Assembly (NCBI GenBank): GCA_965115825.1
Contig: OZ220464.1
Coordinates: 2,709,945 to 2,773,944, forward strand
Reading direction: 5' to 3'
DNA from: Dehalococcoidia bacterium
GTDB lineage: Bacteria > Chloroflexota > Dehalococcoidia > Lucifugimonadales > UBA3495
DNA length: 64,000 nucleotides
Shown here piece after piece: positions 1 to 9,468 of the stretch. Position 1 is the first letter of the stretch; each line of letters begins with the position of its first letter. The notes under the pieces are model-generated. The model did no database searches and was not told the DNA's origin. It saw only the letters and a list, made by a program, of their open reading frames with translations. Made by a program: the position numbers and the translations under genes.

Positions 1-651
1 CACCTGGAACTGGTAGGTCGATCCGTCGCCGGCCAGCGACGAGACTGAGTAGCCGTCCCGGAAGCCATTGCCGGTAGAAGTCCAGTCTCCCCAAGTGCCG
101 CCGGTTCCCTTGCGCTGCCGATATTCGTAATCGGTGATGGCTTGGACCTCCCCATGCGACGGCCAAGTCCACCTCAGATAAACGGATTGATGCTGCGCAT
201 CGGCGGTCACCTGCGGCTTGGTCAACCACGGCGTGGCCTTCACGGATGCGCTCGAACCTTTGATGGTCGAGTGGACGGCGCGCAGCTCGAACGAGTACTC
301 GACGCCGGCGTCCAAGCCCGTCACGGTATATGTTCTAAGGAGGGCTGAATTCGAGATTGCCGTCCACGAACCCCAACCGGAGGCCGACGACTTCTTGTAG
401 CGCACCTCGTAGCCTGTTCTCGCTTCTGGCGGATGGAACCAGTTCAGCTTCACCTGCTTCAGCCCGGCCTGCGCCCATACAGGCTTCGGCGTGCTTGGCG
501 CGGTTTGTCCAAAAGCCGTATCCGCGTGGAACGGGACCAAGCAGGCCAGCAACGCGGCGACGGCCAACAGGCTCCAGCGAGTCGGGAACCGGGGCCGGCT
601 ATTAAGTCGGCAACGCGGTAAATGTATGTTTGCGAGAGAGGGTAGTGTCAT
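1..651 (-). CDS. secreted fibronectin type III (FN3) repeat protein; C-terminus runs off the window
   Basis: Absent from the ORF track (no stop inside the window). The reverse-strand frame is open from ATG (649-651) to position 1. It begins MTLPSLANIH...WSLLAVAALLACLVPFHADTAFG (signal-peptide-like). FN3-like modules follow (VKLNWFHPPEARTGYEVRYKK...YTVTGLDAGVEYSFELRAV; SVYLRWTWPSHGEVQAITDYEYRQRKG). Confidence 0.7.
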   Translation of the reverse strand, partial: MTLPSLANIHLPRCRLNSRPRFPTRWSLLAVAALLACLVPFHADTAFGQTAPSTPKPVWAQAGLKQVKLNWFHPPEARTGYEVRYKKSSASGWGSWTAISNSALLRTYTVTGLDAGVEYSFELRAVHSTIKGSSASVKATPWLTKPQVTADAQHQSVYLRWTWPSHGEVQAITDYEYRQRKGTGGTWGDWTSTGNGFRDGYSVSSLAGDGSTYQFQV

Positions 652-740
652 GATGCTGCTCCGGGAGGATGAATTTGCCGGCCAAGGTTTGGGGGCCGGC
701 CGGGGTAGATAATATACCGGGCGTTGGGGTTAAGCAATGG

Positions 741-1038
741 GGTTGTTAGAATCAGGATTTGGGGGATTAGGGGATTTTCAGGATGGGGTTGTGTTGGGGA
801 AGTGGGTTGTTAGAATCAGGATTTACGGGATTAGGGGATTTTCAGGATGGGGTTGCGCTGGGGAAATGGGTTGTCAGAATCAGGATTTACGGGATTAGGG
901 GATTTTCAGGATGGGGTTGAGCGAGCGGTGATGGGTTTTATGCTCGGGCTGGGGTTTTTTTAGGCAGGTTGGGTAGGGGCGGCGATGGGTTGTCAGAATC
1001 GGGATTTGGGGGATTTGGGGATTTACAGGATGGGGTTG
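741..1038 (+). repeat. 4 copies of the dispersed ~50-nt core repeat (GGTTGTCAGAATCAGGATTTACGGGATT(A/T)GGGGATTTTCAGGATGGGGTTG), first three at 64-bp period
   Basis: Direct reading gives cores starting at 741, 805, 869 and 988. A further 29-nt direct repeat GAACGACGGTGTGGGCGGGGGGTTGGGGC follows at ~1159 and ~1219. The same core recurs at 17751, 56649 and 58467. Confidence 0.9.
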
Positions 1039-1322
1039 CGGAGCGTATGGCTGGGGCCTCGGTTCGGGTTGCAGGGGGTGTGGGTTCCGGAGAAGTTTGG
1101 AATGGTGGTGTGGTTGGGGTTGGGGCTGCTTGGCGCACTTCACTGCGCCTGATATGGGGGAACGACGGTGTGGGCGGGGGGTTGGGGCCTCTACCTCTAC
1201 CACCCCCGCACCTTCGCAAGGAACGACGGTGTGGGCGGGGGGTTGGGGCTGCTTGACAGTGACGCGGGGGGTGGCTAGGCTTGCCGTATCCTGGCGCCGG
1301 AGACTGCGGAGGGAAACAGGCT

Positions 1323-2504
1323 ATGGCTGCGTATGACTTGCTTATCAAGGGCGGCACGGTGATTGACCCAGCGGAGGGTTGGCAGGGGGTTCTGGACGTT
1401 GGCATCGCCGGCGGCAGGATTGCCGCCGTAGCGGCCGACATTTCGGCGGATGAGGCTGCCCGCGTGGTGGAGGTGGCCGGCAAGTATGTTACGCCCGGCC
1501 TGATTGACCTGCATACCCACGTGTACGAAGGGGTCAACGGGAACGGGGTCAACGCGGATGTGGGCGGCGTGCGCGCCGGGGTTACCACGATGGTGGACGC
1601 CGGCAGCAGCGGGTGCGACACCTACGGCGGCTTTCCGGCGCATATCATTCCGAACAACCACACTGAGATTATTCCGCTGCTGCACATCTGCCGCACCGGA
1701 TTGGCAACGACGCCGGACATTTTCGCTCCGAGCAGCATTGACTTGGAGCGCACGGTGCAGGTGGTAGAGGAGAGCGGGGGCGTCATTCGGGGGATAAAGG
1801 CGCGGATGGTGTCTCCCGCTTTGGAAATTATGGGGATGGAGATGCCGCGCCTGGCCAAGCAGGCGGCGAAGGAGGCGGGCGTCCGTCTGATGGTGCATAT
1901 CGGGGACACGGAAAAGCGTTATCCCGCCGAGGTGATCCGCGAGCTGCTGCCCATCATGGAGCCGGGGGACATTGTTACGCACTTTTTCACGGCGAATCCG
2001 GGCGGCGTGCTGGACGGCGAGGGGAAGCTGGTTCCGGAGGCGCGGGAGGCGCATGAGCGCGGGGTATGGCTGGACACGGCGCACGGGCGCGCCAATTTCA
2101 GTTTTGACATCGGAGAGCGGGTGCTGGACCAAGGGGTGGAACCGCACTGCATCAGCACCGACCTTACGGTTCCGGGGCGCATGCGCACCGTACACAGTAT
2201 GACGGAGATGATGACTCGGTTTCTGGCGATGGGCTTTACTCTGGAGCGGGTGGTTGAGATGTGCACCATCAATCCGGCCCGGGCTATCGGAGAGGATGGA
2301 CGGCTGGGCAGCCTGGCGGTGGGCAAGCAGGCGGACGTGTCAGTGCTGGATATTGTGGATGGCGACTGGCAGGTGTTTGACGTGCTGGGCAACGGGCGAA
2401 AGTCGGAGCGGGCGGTGGTTCCGGTACTGGCGGTCAAGCGGGGTGAAGTGTTTGAGGCCGGCTGGGGGCCGCGCCCGTGGGGATGGGAGCCGGACCGGGC
2501 ATAG
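1323..2504 (+). CDS. amidohydrolase-superfamily metallohydrolase (dihydroorotase/deacylase-like)
   Basis: MAAYDLLIKGGTVIDPAEG...GKYVTPGLIDLHTHVY is the typical metal-binding HxH N-terminus of amidohydrolases. I prefer the internal ATG at 1323 over the track start at 1281. Confidence 0.85.
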   Translation: MAAYDLLIKGGTVIDPAEGWQGVLDVGIAGGRIAAVAADISADEAARVVEVAGKYVTPGLIDLHTHVYEGVNGNGVNADVGGVRAGVTTMVDAGSSGCDTYGGFPAHIIPNNHTEIIPLLHICRTGLATTPDIFAPSSIDLERTVQVVEESGGVIRGIKARMVSPALEIMGMEMPRLAKQAAKEAGVRLMVHIGDTEKRYPAEVIRELLPIMEPGDIVTHFFTANPGGVLDGEGKLVPEAREAHERGVWLDTAHGRANFSFDIGERVLDQGVEPHCISTDLTVPGRMRTVHSMTEMMTRFLAMGFTLERVVEMCTINPARAIGEDGRLGSLAVGKQADVSVLDIVDGDWQVFDVLGNGRKSERAVVPVLAVKRGEVFEAGWGPRPWGWEPDRA

Positions 2505-2519
2505 GAGAGGAGGGAGGAT

Positions 2520-3440
2520 ATGGTGGAAGTAATTCTCAGTTCGCCGCGAGGGTTCTGCGCCGGCGTGGTGCGGGCGATAGATGTGGTGGAGGAGTGCCTG
2601 GCGCGGTTCGGGCCGCCGGTGTACGTGAAGCATCAGATTGTGCATAATCCCTACGTGGTGGCGGAGCTGGAGCGCAAGGGCGCGATAACGGTGGAGGAAG
2701 TGGGGGAAGTGCCGGAAGGCTCGTTGGTGGTTTTCTCGGCCCACGGCTCGCCGCCGGAGGATTTTGAGCGGGCGGCGGAGCTGAACCTGCGGGTGATTGA
2801 CGCGGTGTGTCCGCTGGTAACCCGAGTGCACAACGAGGCCAAGAAGTACCATGGGGAGGGCAAGCGCGTGCTGCTGGTGGGACACCAGGGGCATCAGGAA
2901 GTGCGGGGGACTATGGGGCAGGCGCCGATGACGCTCATCAGCGATTCGGCGCCGCTGTCGGAGCAGACGGTGAGCGCGGAGCTGGATTTGCCGGCGGAAA
3001 CGGAGGTGGCGGTAATCACGCAAACGACGCTGTCGGTGGGGGACACTGCCAACGCGATTGGGACGATTCAGGAGCGATTTCCGGAAGCCGTGGTGCGCAA
3101 TGACATTTGCTACGCGACGACGAATCGGCAGGACGCGGTGACGAAGATGGCCGGGATGGTGGACGTGGTGCTGGTTATAGGGGCGCAAAATTCGTCTAAC
3201 TGCAACCGTCTGCGCGAAGTGGCGGAGGCTAATGGGACGCCGGCGTATCTGATTAACGGGCCGGACGAAATTGACGCGGGCTGGCTGGCCGGCTGCCGCC
3301 GGGTGGGGATAACGTCGGGAGCGTCGACGCCGGAGGTTCTGGTGGAAGCGGTGATTGAGGCGCTGGGGTCGGAGCGGGTAACCAAGCTGGAAGGGGCGGA
3401 CGAGGATATTACGTTCACGCTGCCGCGGGAGCTGCGATAG
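2520..3440 (+). CDS. ispH: 4-hydroxy-3-methylbut-2-enyl diphosphate reductase
   Basis: SSPRGFCAGVVRAIDVVE...VYVKHQIVHNPYVV...FSAHGSPP...DAVCPLVTRVH...ICYATTNRQDAV are canonical IspH/LytB blocks including the three cluster cysteines. Confidence 0.93.
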   Translation: MVEVILSSPRGFCAGVVRAIDVVEECLARFGPPVYVKHQIVHNPYVVAELERKGAITVEEVGEVPEGSLVVFSAHGSPPEDFERAAELNLRVIDAVCPLVTRVHNEAKKYHGEGKRVLLVGHQGHQEVRGTMGQAPMTLISDSAPLSEQTVSAELDLPAETEVAVITQTTLSVGDTANAIGTIQERFPEAVVRNDICYATTNRQDAVTKMAGMVDVVLVIGAQNSSNCNRLREVAEANGTPAYLINGPDEIDAGWLAGCRRVGITSGASTPEVLVEAVIEALGSERVTKLEGADEDITFTLPRELR

Positions 3441-3457
3441 TGGTCTGAGCTGCTGGG

Positions 3458-4477
3458 CTACCATTCGGAGCGGGGCGGGCGTTCCATAAGGGCGGGGATG
3501 CACTCGGTGGCCGGGAGATCCTCAAAGAGGACTTGGGCCATGAGGCGAGTGATGGGCATATCGACGTCCAGGCGGCGGGCGAGGGCGAGGGCGGCCATGG
3601 TGGTGTTGACGCCCTCGGCGACGGCGTCCATACCGGCGAGTATGTCGGGCAGTTTGCGGCCCTTGGCCAGCTCTTCGCCGACGCGGCGGTTGCGGCTGAG
3701 TGGGCTGCTGCAGGTGGCCATGACGTCGCCGATGCCGGCGAGGCCGGCGAAGGTGAGCAGCTGGGCGCCGGCGGCGATGCCGAGGCGTCCGATTTCGTTG
3801 AGGCCGCGGGTAATCAAGGCGGCTTTGGCGTTGTCGCCGGCGTGCAGTCCGTCGGCGATGCCGGAGGCCAGGGCGATGATGTTTTTCAGAGAACCGCCGA
3901 GCTCGGCGCCTACGAGGTCATCGCTGGTATAGACGCGGAAGGCCGGGGACATGAGGGTATCCTGGGCCAGGCGGCGGGCGGATTCATCGGCGGCGGCGAC
4001 TACGGTGAGGGCCGGTTTGCCGGCGATGATTTCGCCGGCCAGGTTGGGGCCGGAAAGGGCTGCGAAGCGTCCTGGCGGATGGCCGGGCAGTTCTTCCGCC
4101 AGCACCTGGCTCATCCGCAATCCGACGGGCAGTTCCAGGCCTTTGGTTACGCTGAGGGCTACGGCGTCCGGCGGTACGTAGGCGGCGATGCGTCGGACGT
4201 TGTGTCGAAAACGGTCGGAAGGCACGGCGAGGATGATGAGCCGGGCGCTATGGAGGGCGGCGGCCGGGTCGTGCTCAGGGCGCAGGGTCTTGGGGAAGAG
4301 GGTGCCGGGCAAACGCCGGGCGTGCTGGCCGTCTCGGCGGAGGGTGTCGGCTTCGTCAGCAGTGCGGCAGAGCAGGCGGACGGGGACGCCGGCGCGGGCG
4401 GCGAGGACGGCCAGGGTGGCGCCCCAGGTGGTGGCGCCGACGACGGCGACGGGGGTGGGTTGGGGTTCAGCGGGCAA
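3458..4477 (-). CDS. gpsA: NAD(P)H-dependent glycerol-3-phosphate dehydrogenase
   Basis: N-terminal Rossmann segment VAVVGATTWGATLAVLAA. Further GpsA blocks: LSGPNLAGEI, GGSLKNIIALASGIADGL..GDNAKAALITRGLNEI, GLAGIGDVMATCSSPLSRNRRVG. Confidence 0.92.
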   Translation of the reverse strand: MPAEPQPTPVAVVGATTWGATLAVLAARAGVPVRLLCRTADEADTLRRDGQHARRLPGTLFPKTLRPEHDPAAALHSARLIILAVPSDRFRHNVRRIAAYVPPDAVALSVTKGLELPVGLRMSQVLAEELPGHPPGRFAALSGPNLAGEIIAGKPALTVVAAADESARRLAQDTLMSPAFRVYTSDDLVGAELGGSLKNIIALASGIADGLHAGDNAKAALITRGLNEIGRLGIAAGAQLLTFAGLAGIGDVMATCSSPLSRNRRVGEELAKGRKLPDILAGMDAVAEGVNTTMAALALARRLDVDMPITRLMAQVLFEDLPATECIPALMERPPRSEW

Positions 4478-6224
4478 GGCGGGCTTCCAGCTCGTTTTTC
4501 AGCGAAGAGTGGGCGAGGACGGTAAGGACGCTGCGCGCCCGACTCATGCCGGTGTAGGCGTTGGGGAGGTCATGGCCGCGGTCGAGCCGTTCCAGGATTA
4601 GTATGACTACGTGGCTTTCCAGTCCTTTGAAGGACTGAACAGTGCAGAATTTCAGTGAAGGCGGTTGGTGGTCGGCATTTTGGGGATCGTCGGTTATGCG
4701 TTGGCCGCGTGAGTAATCGGCCAGTTGTCGCCCGCCGTAGGTACGATCAGCGTCAATGCCGGTGTTGTCCAGACGGCTTGTTGCCAGGGTTACTATTTCG
4801 CCGATGCGTACGTCCTGGGTCAACAGCCGATGGACTTCCTGGTCGAGCAGGTTGGACAGTTCATCTCCGTCGTCCCAGTAGCGATATTGTGGAGCCGGCC
4901 CATGGACTTGCCAGTAGGGTGTTTGAGGGATGTCGGAGCCGACGACCTGGGCAGTGTCCCGGGCGATGGCGGGGGTGTTCCGGCAGTTGATGCGCAGTTG
5001 CAGGCGGGTGGGATGGGGACAGTAGCCGAGGAGGTTTCCCTCCGGGTCTGTGGAATTGCTGATGTAAATGGCCTGGTTGGTGAAATCGCCGAACATGGTC
5101 CACCGACCGGAGGCCAAGCCGCCGGTCAGGGCCAGGTTGATTATTTCCAGATAGGGCTGCTGGCACAAATCCTGGGCTTCGTCGATAATCAGGATGTCAA
5201 ACTGGGGGCCGAGTTCGCGCAGGGCGCGGCGGGCGAATTCGGGATAAACGCTGTGAAAGAGCTGATTGGCGTCGGCGGCGTTTTTTTCGCAGTGGACGAA
5301 GTCGGTTCCCGCGGAGCTGCGCATAATTAACGGGCGCATGATGTTGTGCCAGAACCGTCCGGCGGTAATACTGCCGTCGGCGGCGGCGGCCTGTTGACTC
5401 AGCCAGTTGCCAAGGAGGGCATTGAAGCACATCAAGCCCACCCGTCGGTTTGACGCGACGGCGCGACGGGCGCACTCCAGGGCCAGCATGGTTTTGCCCG
5501 TGCCAGCCGCACCACGGAAGAGGCAGCGTTCATTGTCGCTGACCAGGTCCAGCAGGACGTATTGTTCTTCAGTGAATCGAATCAGCTGCCGGTCGATGAT
5601 ATCCAGCTGCGGGCCCACGGCGGGTAGCGGCGTCATGGTGAAGTCGGGGGCCAGGTAGCGGCGGAGGCTGTTGATGGTTGAGACAGTGAAAGGCTGGGTT
5701 GCGCTGGTCTTGCGTCCGGCAACGGGGCGCATTCGCCGAGCGACCATCTGCAAGCGGCGTCCCAGGGACATAGTGGAGTGAAGGTCTTCGTGGTCGATGA
5801 CGGTGCGGGTGGGACGGCGGATGTTATCGGGCCAGTTAGAGTCGGTGAATACGACGACGCAATCTATGGGGGGTAGATCTTCAGGGTCGACGTAGTACTC
5901 TCGCTCCAGTTCGTTTTTGAGGGCGTACATGGCCCGTTCCGATTGGGTAACGGGAGGCTCAACGGGACTGCCGGAAGGGAGGGAGCGCCATTGCCCGGCT
6001 TCTACATTGAAGCCGCCGCCTTTCACTTCGATGCAGATTAAGCCGTAATCGGGAACCATGGCGAGGAAGTCAATCTCCCTTGGCTTGCCCTGGGCGGGGA
6101 TATGGCCGGAGGAATGGATGACGACCCAACCACCGGTGTCGGTGTCGTCGCGCAATGAAGCGAAAATTTGTTTTTCAGATGGCGGAGCGGCCGGCGAGAT
6201 GATTTCAGGTATCATCGTTGCCAT
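4467..6224 (-). CDS. NERD-domain nuclease-like module fused to an SF1 (UvrD/AAA_30-like) helicase/ATPase
   Basis: The N-terminus has EIDFLAMVPDYGLICIEVKGG (NERD-type E-x-D...E-x-K). Helicase motifs follow: Walker A GAAGTGKTMLA, Walker B ILIIDEAQDL, and C-terminal FKGLESHVVILI / YTGMSRARSVLTV. The stop overlaps the gpsA start by 11 nt. Confidence 0.8.
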   Translation of the reverse strand: MATMIPEIISPAAPPSEKQIFASLRDDTDTGGWVVIHSSGHIPAQGKPREIDFLAMVPDYGLICIEVKGGGFNVEAGQWRSLPSGSPVEPPVTQSERAMYALKNELEREYYVDPEDLPPIDCVVVFTDSNWPDNIRRPTRTVIDHEDLHSTMSLGRRLQMVARRMRPVAGRKTSATQPFTVSTINSLRRYLAPDFTMTPLPAVGPQLDIIDRQLIRFTEEQYVLLDLVSDNERCLFRGAAGTGKTMLALECARRAVASNRRVGLMCFNALLGNWLSQQAAAADGSITAGRFWHNIMRPLIMRSSAGTDFVHCEKNAADANQLFHSVYPEFARRALRELGPQFDILIIDEAQDLCQQPYLEIINLALTGGLASGRWTMFGDFTNQAIYISNSTDPEGNLLGYCPHPTRLQLRINCRNTPAIARDTAQVVGSDIPQTPYWQVHGPAPQYRYWDDGDELSNLLDQEVHRLLTQDVRIGEIVTLATSRLDNTGIDADRTYGGRQLADYSRGQRITDDPQNADHQPPSLKFCTVQSFKGLESHVVILILERLDRGHDLPNAYTGMSRARSVLTVLAHSSLKNELEARLAR

Positions 6225-6344
6225 GGTGAAACCTTTCGGGCTGATAGTCCGGCGGAGGCGAAGCCACTGCGTTGTGGCCGGATGGCGATAGCGGGATTGC
6301 CATCGCTAACCGGCCACGGCGAACATTGGGCCGGAGATGGCCGG

Positions 6345-7529
6345 TCAGTGTTCCGCGCCCTGCTTGGTGAAGTGTGGCATCACGTCGCTGGCGAACCATT
6401 CTAGCTGCTCCATGGATGCGGCGGTGGGCATTCCCATATTGGTGACGCCGATGTTGATTTCTGCGAGGCCGGGGTAACGCTCCTGGACGGCCATGAGCTG
6501 CTCGACGATGCGGTCCGGGGGGCCGACCAGATACTGTCCGGCGGCTACGGCTTCTTCAATCGTCGGCATTTTCAATCCCTGGGGAACCGGGCGGCCAAAG
6601 GCGTTGAGGGCGTCGAGTTGTTCCTGGGTCAAGCCGGCGATGAAGCCCAGGGGGCCGAACATTTTGACGCGCTCTTCCATCCAGAGGCGGGCCTGGTCCA
6701 TGGCTTCTTTCTCGGAGTTGGCAATCTGCACGGAGTAGCCGACGATGAGGCCCTCGCCGAGTTTCCAGTCTTTGCCGTGCTCGGCGTGGATGGCTTGCCA
6801 GCGTTGGATGACGTCGTCGCTGGCGCCGCCGGTGGCCGCGCCGCCGCCGATGATGCCCTTGATGCCCCATTTGGCCATGAAGTTGATGGCGCGGTCGCTG
6901 GCCGAGACCACGGGCTGCCACCATTCGACATCGTACTTGGGCCGCGGCACGAGGGTGATTTCTGCCAGGTCGTAGCCGCGGTAAGGGACGTTGGGGGGGA
7001 TGTCATAGTGCTTGCCATGGTGTGAAAAGCTGCGCTGATTGAAGGCTTTCCAGATGACCTCAACCTGTTCTTCGAACAGTTCGCGGTTGGCGTTCTGGTC
7101 CATGATGGGGGCGCCGAAGGCTTCTACTTCGCGAGTGTGGTAGCCGCGTCCCACGCCGAAGCGGACGCGGCCATCGGTGAGCCAGTCGGCGGTGGCGTAA
7201 TCTTCGGCCAGGCGGAGGGGGTTCCACATGGGGTTGATGTTGAAGCCGCAGCCGAAGCGCAGGTTTTTGGTGAGGTGGGCGAGGTGAACCCAAAGCATGA
7301 GCAGGTTGGGGATGACTTCGTAACCTTCGCGTTGGAAGTGGTGTTCGGCGGCCCAGAAGGTATCGTAGCCCAGGCGGTCCATGGCGGTGGCGATTTCTTC
7401 GGCCTTTTTGATGCCGCCGCCGGCGAGTTCTTCGTCGGAGAGCCAGCGGTCATTGGCCGGCGTGCCCTGGTAGCCGGGGTTGTCCATATCGACGTTGCCG
7501 GCCCAAAGGCTGCCAAATTTGGTAATCAT
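6345..7529 (-). CDS. LLM-class (luciferase-like) flavin-dependent oxidoreductase
   Basis: AEEIATAMDRLGYDTFWAAEHHFQREGYEVIPNLLML...RFGCGFN...DGRVRFGVGRGY is the typical LLM TIM-barrel signature. Confidence 0.88.
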   Translation of the reverse strand: MITKFGSLWAGNVDMDNPGYQGTPANDRWLSDEELAGGGIKKAEEIATAMDRLGYDTFWAAEHHFQREGYEVIPNLLMLWVHLAHLTKNLRFGCGFNINPMWNPLRLAEDYATADWLTDGRVRFGVGRGYHTREVEAFGAPIMDQNANRELFEEQVEVIWKAFNQRSFSHHGKHYDIPPNVPYRGYDLAEITLVPRPKYDVEWWQPVVSASDRAINFMAKWGIKGIIGGGAATGGASDDVIQRWQAIHAEHGKDWKLGEGLIVGYSVQIANSEKEAMDQARLWMEERVKMFGPLGFIAGLTQEQLDALNAFGRPVPQGLKMPTIEEAVAAGQYLVGPPDRIVEQLMAVQERYPGLAEINIGVTNMGMPTAASMEQLEWFASDVMPHFTKQGAEH

Positions 7530-7611
7530 GTAACGGGTACCTCCTTGTGTGGCGGTGGCGCTTGCCAGCGTGTTGGTCGTATGTTAGCGGGTTTGGGGGA
7601 TGCTGTCAGCA

Positions 7612-8838
7612 TCAGCGCAGGGTGCGGAAGAACTCCCGCATATCGGCGACCAGCTCGGTCGGCTTTTCCAGGGCGGCGAAGTGTCCGCCGCTGTCCATCT
7701 CGGTCCAGCGCTGCACGTTGTAGGTACGCTCGGCCCAGGAGCGCGGCGGAGTGGACAGTTCTTTGGGAAAGACGGCGATGGCGCAGGGAACGTTGATGCG
7801 GTCATCGGGGCCGAAATACCACGGCGTCCGGCCGTTTTCGTAGTACAGCCGGGTACTGGAGTTGATGGTCTGCGTGACCCAGTAAATCATAACGGTGGTG
7901 AGCAGGTCGTCTTTGGTGTACACGCTTTCGATGTTGCCGTTGCAGTCGCTCCAGGAGCGGTACTTTTCCACAATCCAGGCGCAGAGGCCGACGGGGGAGT
8001 CGTTGAGGCCATAGGCCAGGGTCTGGGGTTTGGTGCCCTGGATGTGGGCGTAACCGCCCTCGGCGGCGGCCCAGGAAACGCGCCGGTCAATCATGGTCAG
8101 CTCTTCGTCGGAGAGGGTGGCGGCGAAATCGCGGCGATAGCCGCCCTGAGGGGTTCCGATGACCTGCTCGAGACGTTCGCGCATACTCAAACCCACCAGG
8201 CTGGCACCCTGGTAGGGGATGGCCTGGGTGACGGAGGTGGTGTGAATGCCCAGCACGTGGTCGGCGTGGTGGAAGCCGAGGCGGGCGGTTACGCCGGCGC
8301 CCCAGTCGCCGCCCTGGGCGGCGTAGCGTTGGTAGCCCAGTTCGTCGGCCATGAGCTTATCCCAAAGCTCTGCGATTTTGCGGGTATTGACGCCGCGGGC
8401 GCGGGTTTGGGCGCTGAATCCGTAGCCGGGCATTGACGGGACGATGACGTCGAAAGAGTCGGAGGGGTCGCCGTTGTGGCGGGCCGGGTCGGTAAGCATG
8501 GGGATAATTTTGTGCATTTCGTAGATGGATCCGGGCCAGCCGTGGGTTACGATGATGGGCATGGGGTTGGGGCCTTGGCCTTTTTCGTGAATGAAGTGGA
8601 TGCCCTGGCCGTCGATGGTGGTATAGAAATTGGCGAAAGCGTTGAGGCCGGCTTCGGCTTTGCGCCAGTCATAGCCATCGCGCCAGTAGGCGACCAGCTC
8701 CTTGATGTAGTTCAAGTTGGAGCCGTAATCCCATTCGGCGCCGGGGATCTCATCGGGCCAACGGACGTGGGCCAGCCGGTGTTTGAGGTCTTCCAGAACT
8801 GCGTCGGAAACGTTGATGGAGTAGGGCTGTACCGCCAT
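7612..8838 (-). CDS. epoxide hydrolase (microsomal-type, alpha/beta fold with EH N-terminal domain)
   Basis: MAVQPYSINVSDAVLEDLKHRLAHVRWPDE...GIHFIHEKG..PMPIIVTHGWPGSIYEM...QGGDWGA. The start is set at the internal ATG 8838, preceded by GGAGG. The upstream 93 codons of the track ORF run through a tandem DNA repeat. Confidence 0.88.
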   Translation of the reverse strand: MAVQPYSINVSDAVLEDLKHRLAHVRWPDEIPGAEWDYGSNLNYIKELVAYWRDGYDWRKAEAGLNAFANFYTTIDGQGIHFIHEKGQGPNPMPIIVTHGWPGSIYEMHKIIPMLTDPARHNGDPSDSFDVIVPSMPGYGFSAQTRARGVNTRKIAELWDKLMADELGYQRYAAQGGDWGAGVTARLGFHHADHVLGIHTTSVTQAIPYQGASLVGLSMRERLEQVIGTPQGGYRRDFAATLSDEELTMIDRRVSWAAAEGGYAHIQGTKPQTLAYGLNDSPVGLCAWIVEKYRSWSDCNGNIESVYTKDDLLTTVMIYWVTQTINSSTRLYYENGRTPWYFGPDDRINVPCAIAVFPKELSTPPRSWAERTYNVQRWTEMDSGGHFAALEKPTELVADMREFFRTLR

Positions 8839-8851
8839 GTGGAACCTCCAT

Positions 8852-8926
8852 TGGAAAGGGTTCGGGTGGAAAGGGTTCGGGTGGAAAGGGTTCGCTCTGC
8901 AAGGGTTCGGATTGTAAGGGGTTGTT
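8852..8926. repeat. 5 decaying tandem copies of a 15-bp unit (TGGAAAGGGTTCGGG) in the epoxide hydrolase 5' leader
   Basis: Read directly: units at 8852, 8867 and 8882 are near-identical, and 8897 and 8912 are degenerate. They sit immediately upstream of the SD/ATG at 8838 on the minus strand. Confidence 0.85.
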
Positions 8927-9096
8927 TGGCAAGGAGTTCCGGCGTAAGGGCCGGGGCGGGATTGTAGGCGGGGCGACAGCGCGCCGACGTTGTACGCTGC
9001 CGGCAGTTTAGCACAGGCGGCACAGGAGGAGCCGGCGGCGGCGTTTGTCAGCCGGTTTTGCCAAGTGGTAAGATAGAGGTCAGAGGAGGTGGCAAA

Positions 9097-9468
9097 ATGG
9101 CAACGCCAAAGGTACATGTCAGCTCTGGTGAGGCAAGTTCGCCATTGAACGACTCTCCCGGGTCTGTTTCTAACGGAGCGTCGCCGGATGGTACCGTAGA
9201 GCCGAAAAGTGGCGGAGCTGGCAGCAACAACTGGTTGAACTTCGCACTGTTCTCTATCGGTGGCGTTGCTGCCGTAGGCTTGGTGGTGATACTTTTCGGC
9301 GCCTATTTGATGGAACCGGAGAACACTGGCGCGATCGTTGCCGGCACTATCATTCTGATGCTGGCAGTAATCGCATGGGTATTTACGGCGCTGATCATGG
9401 TTGGGAACCTTATCTGGGGAATGATCACCTCTCGCGGTAACGAATCGCGTAAATCACCATCGCAATAA
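9097..9468 (+). CDS. small membrane protein, hypothetical
   Basis: GAGGAGG lies 7 nt before the ATG at 9097. The N-terminus is S/G/P-rich, followed by hydrophobic segments (FALFSIGGVAAVGLVVILFGAYL; AIVAGTIILMLAVIAWVFTALIMVGNLIW). Confidence 0.55.
   Translation: MATPKVHVSSGEASSPLNDSPGSVSNGASPDGTVEPKSGGAGSNNWLNFALFSIGGVAAVGLVVILFGAYLMEPENTGAIVAGTIILMLAVIAWVFTALIMVGNLIWGMITSRGNESRKSPSQ

Noticed and set aside
2340-3503. 387-aa minus-strand ORF
   Set aside because: It is antisense to ispH and the 3' end of the amidohydrolase, with R/H/P-rich shadow composition.
9058-9096. Track start at 9058 for the small membrane protein
   Set aside because: The ATG at 9097 has a strong GAGGAGG SD at ideal spacing, and the upstream 13 codons overlap the likely promoter.
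8839-9117. N-terminal 93-codon extension of the epoxide hydrolase ORF
   Set aside because: The extension runs through the 15-bp tandem repeat and promoter region. The family-typical N-terminus (MAVQPYSINVSD...) starts at ATG 8838 with a GGAGG SD.
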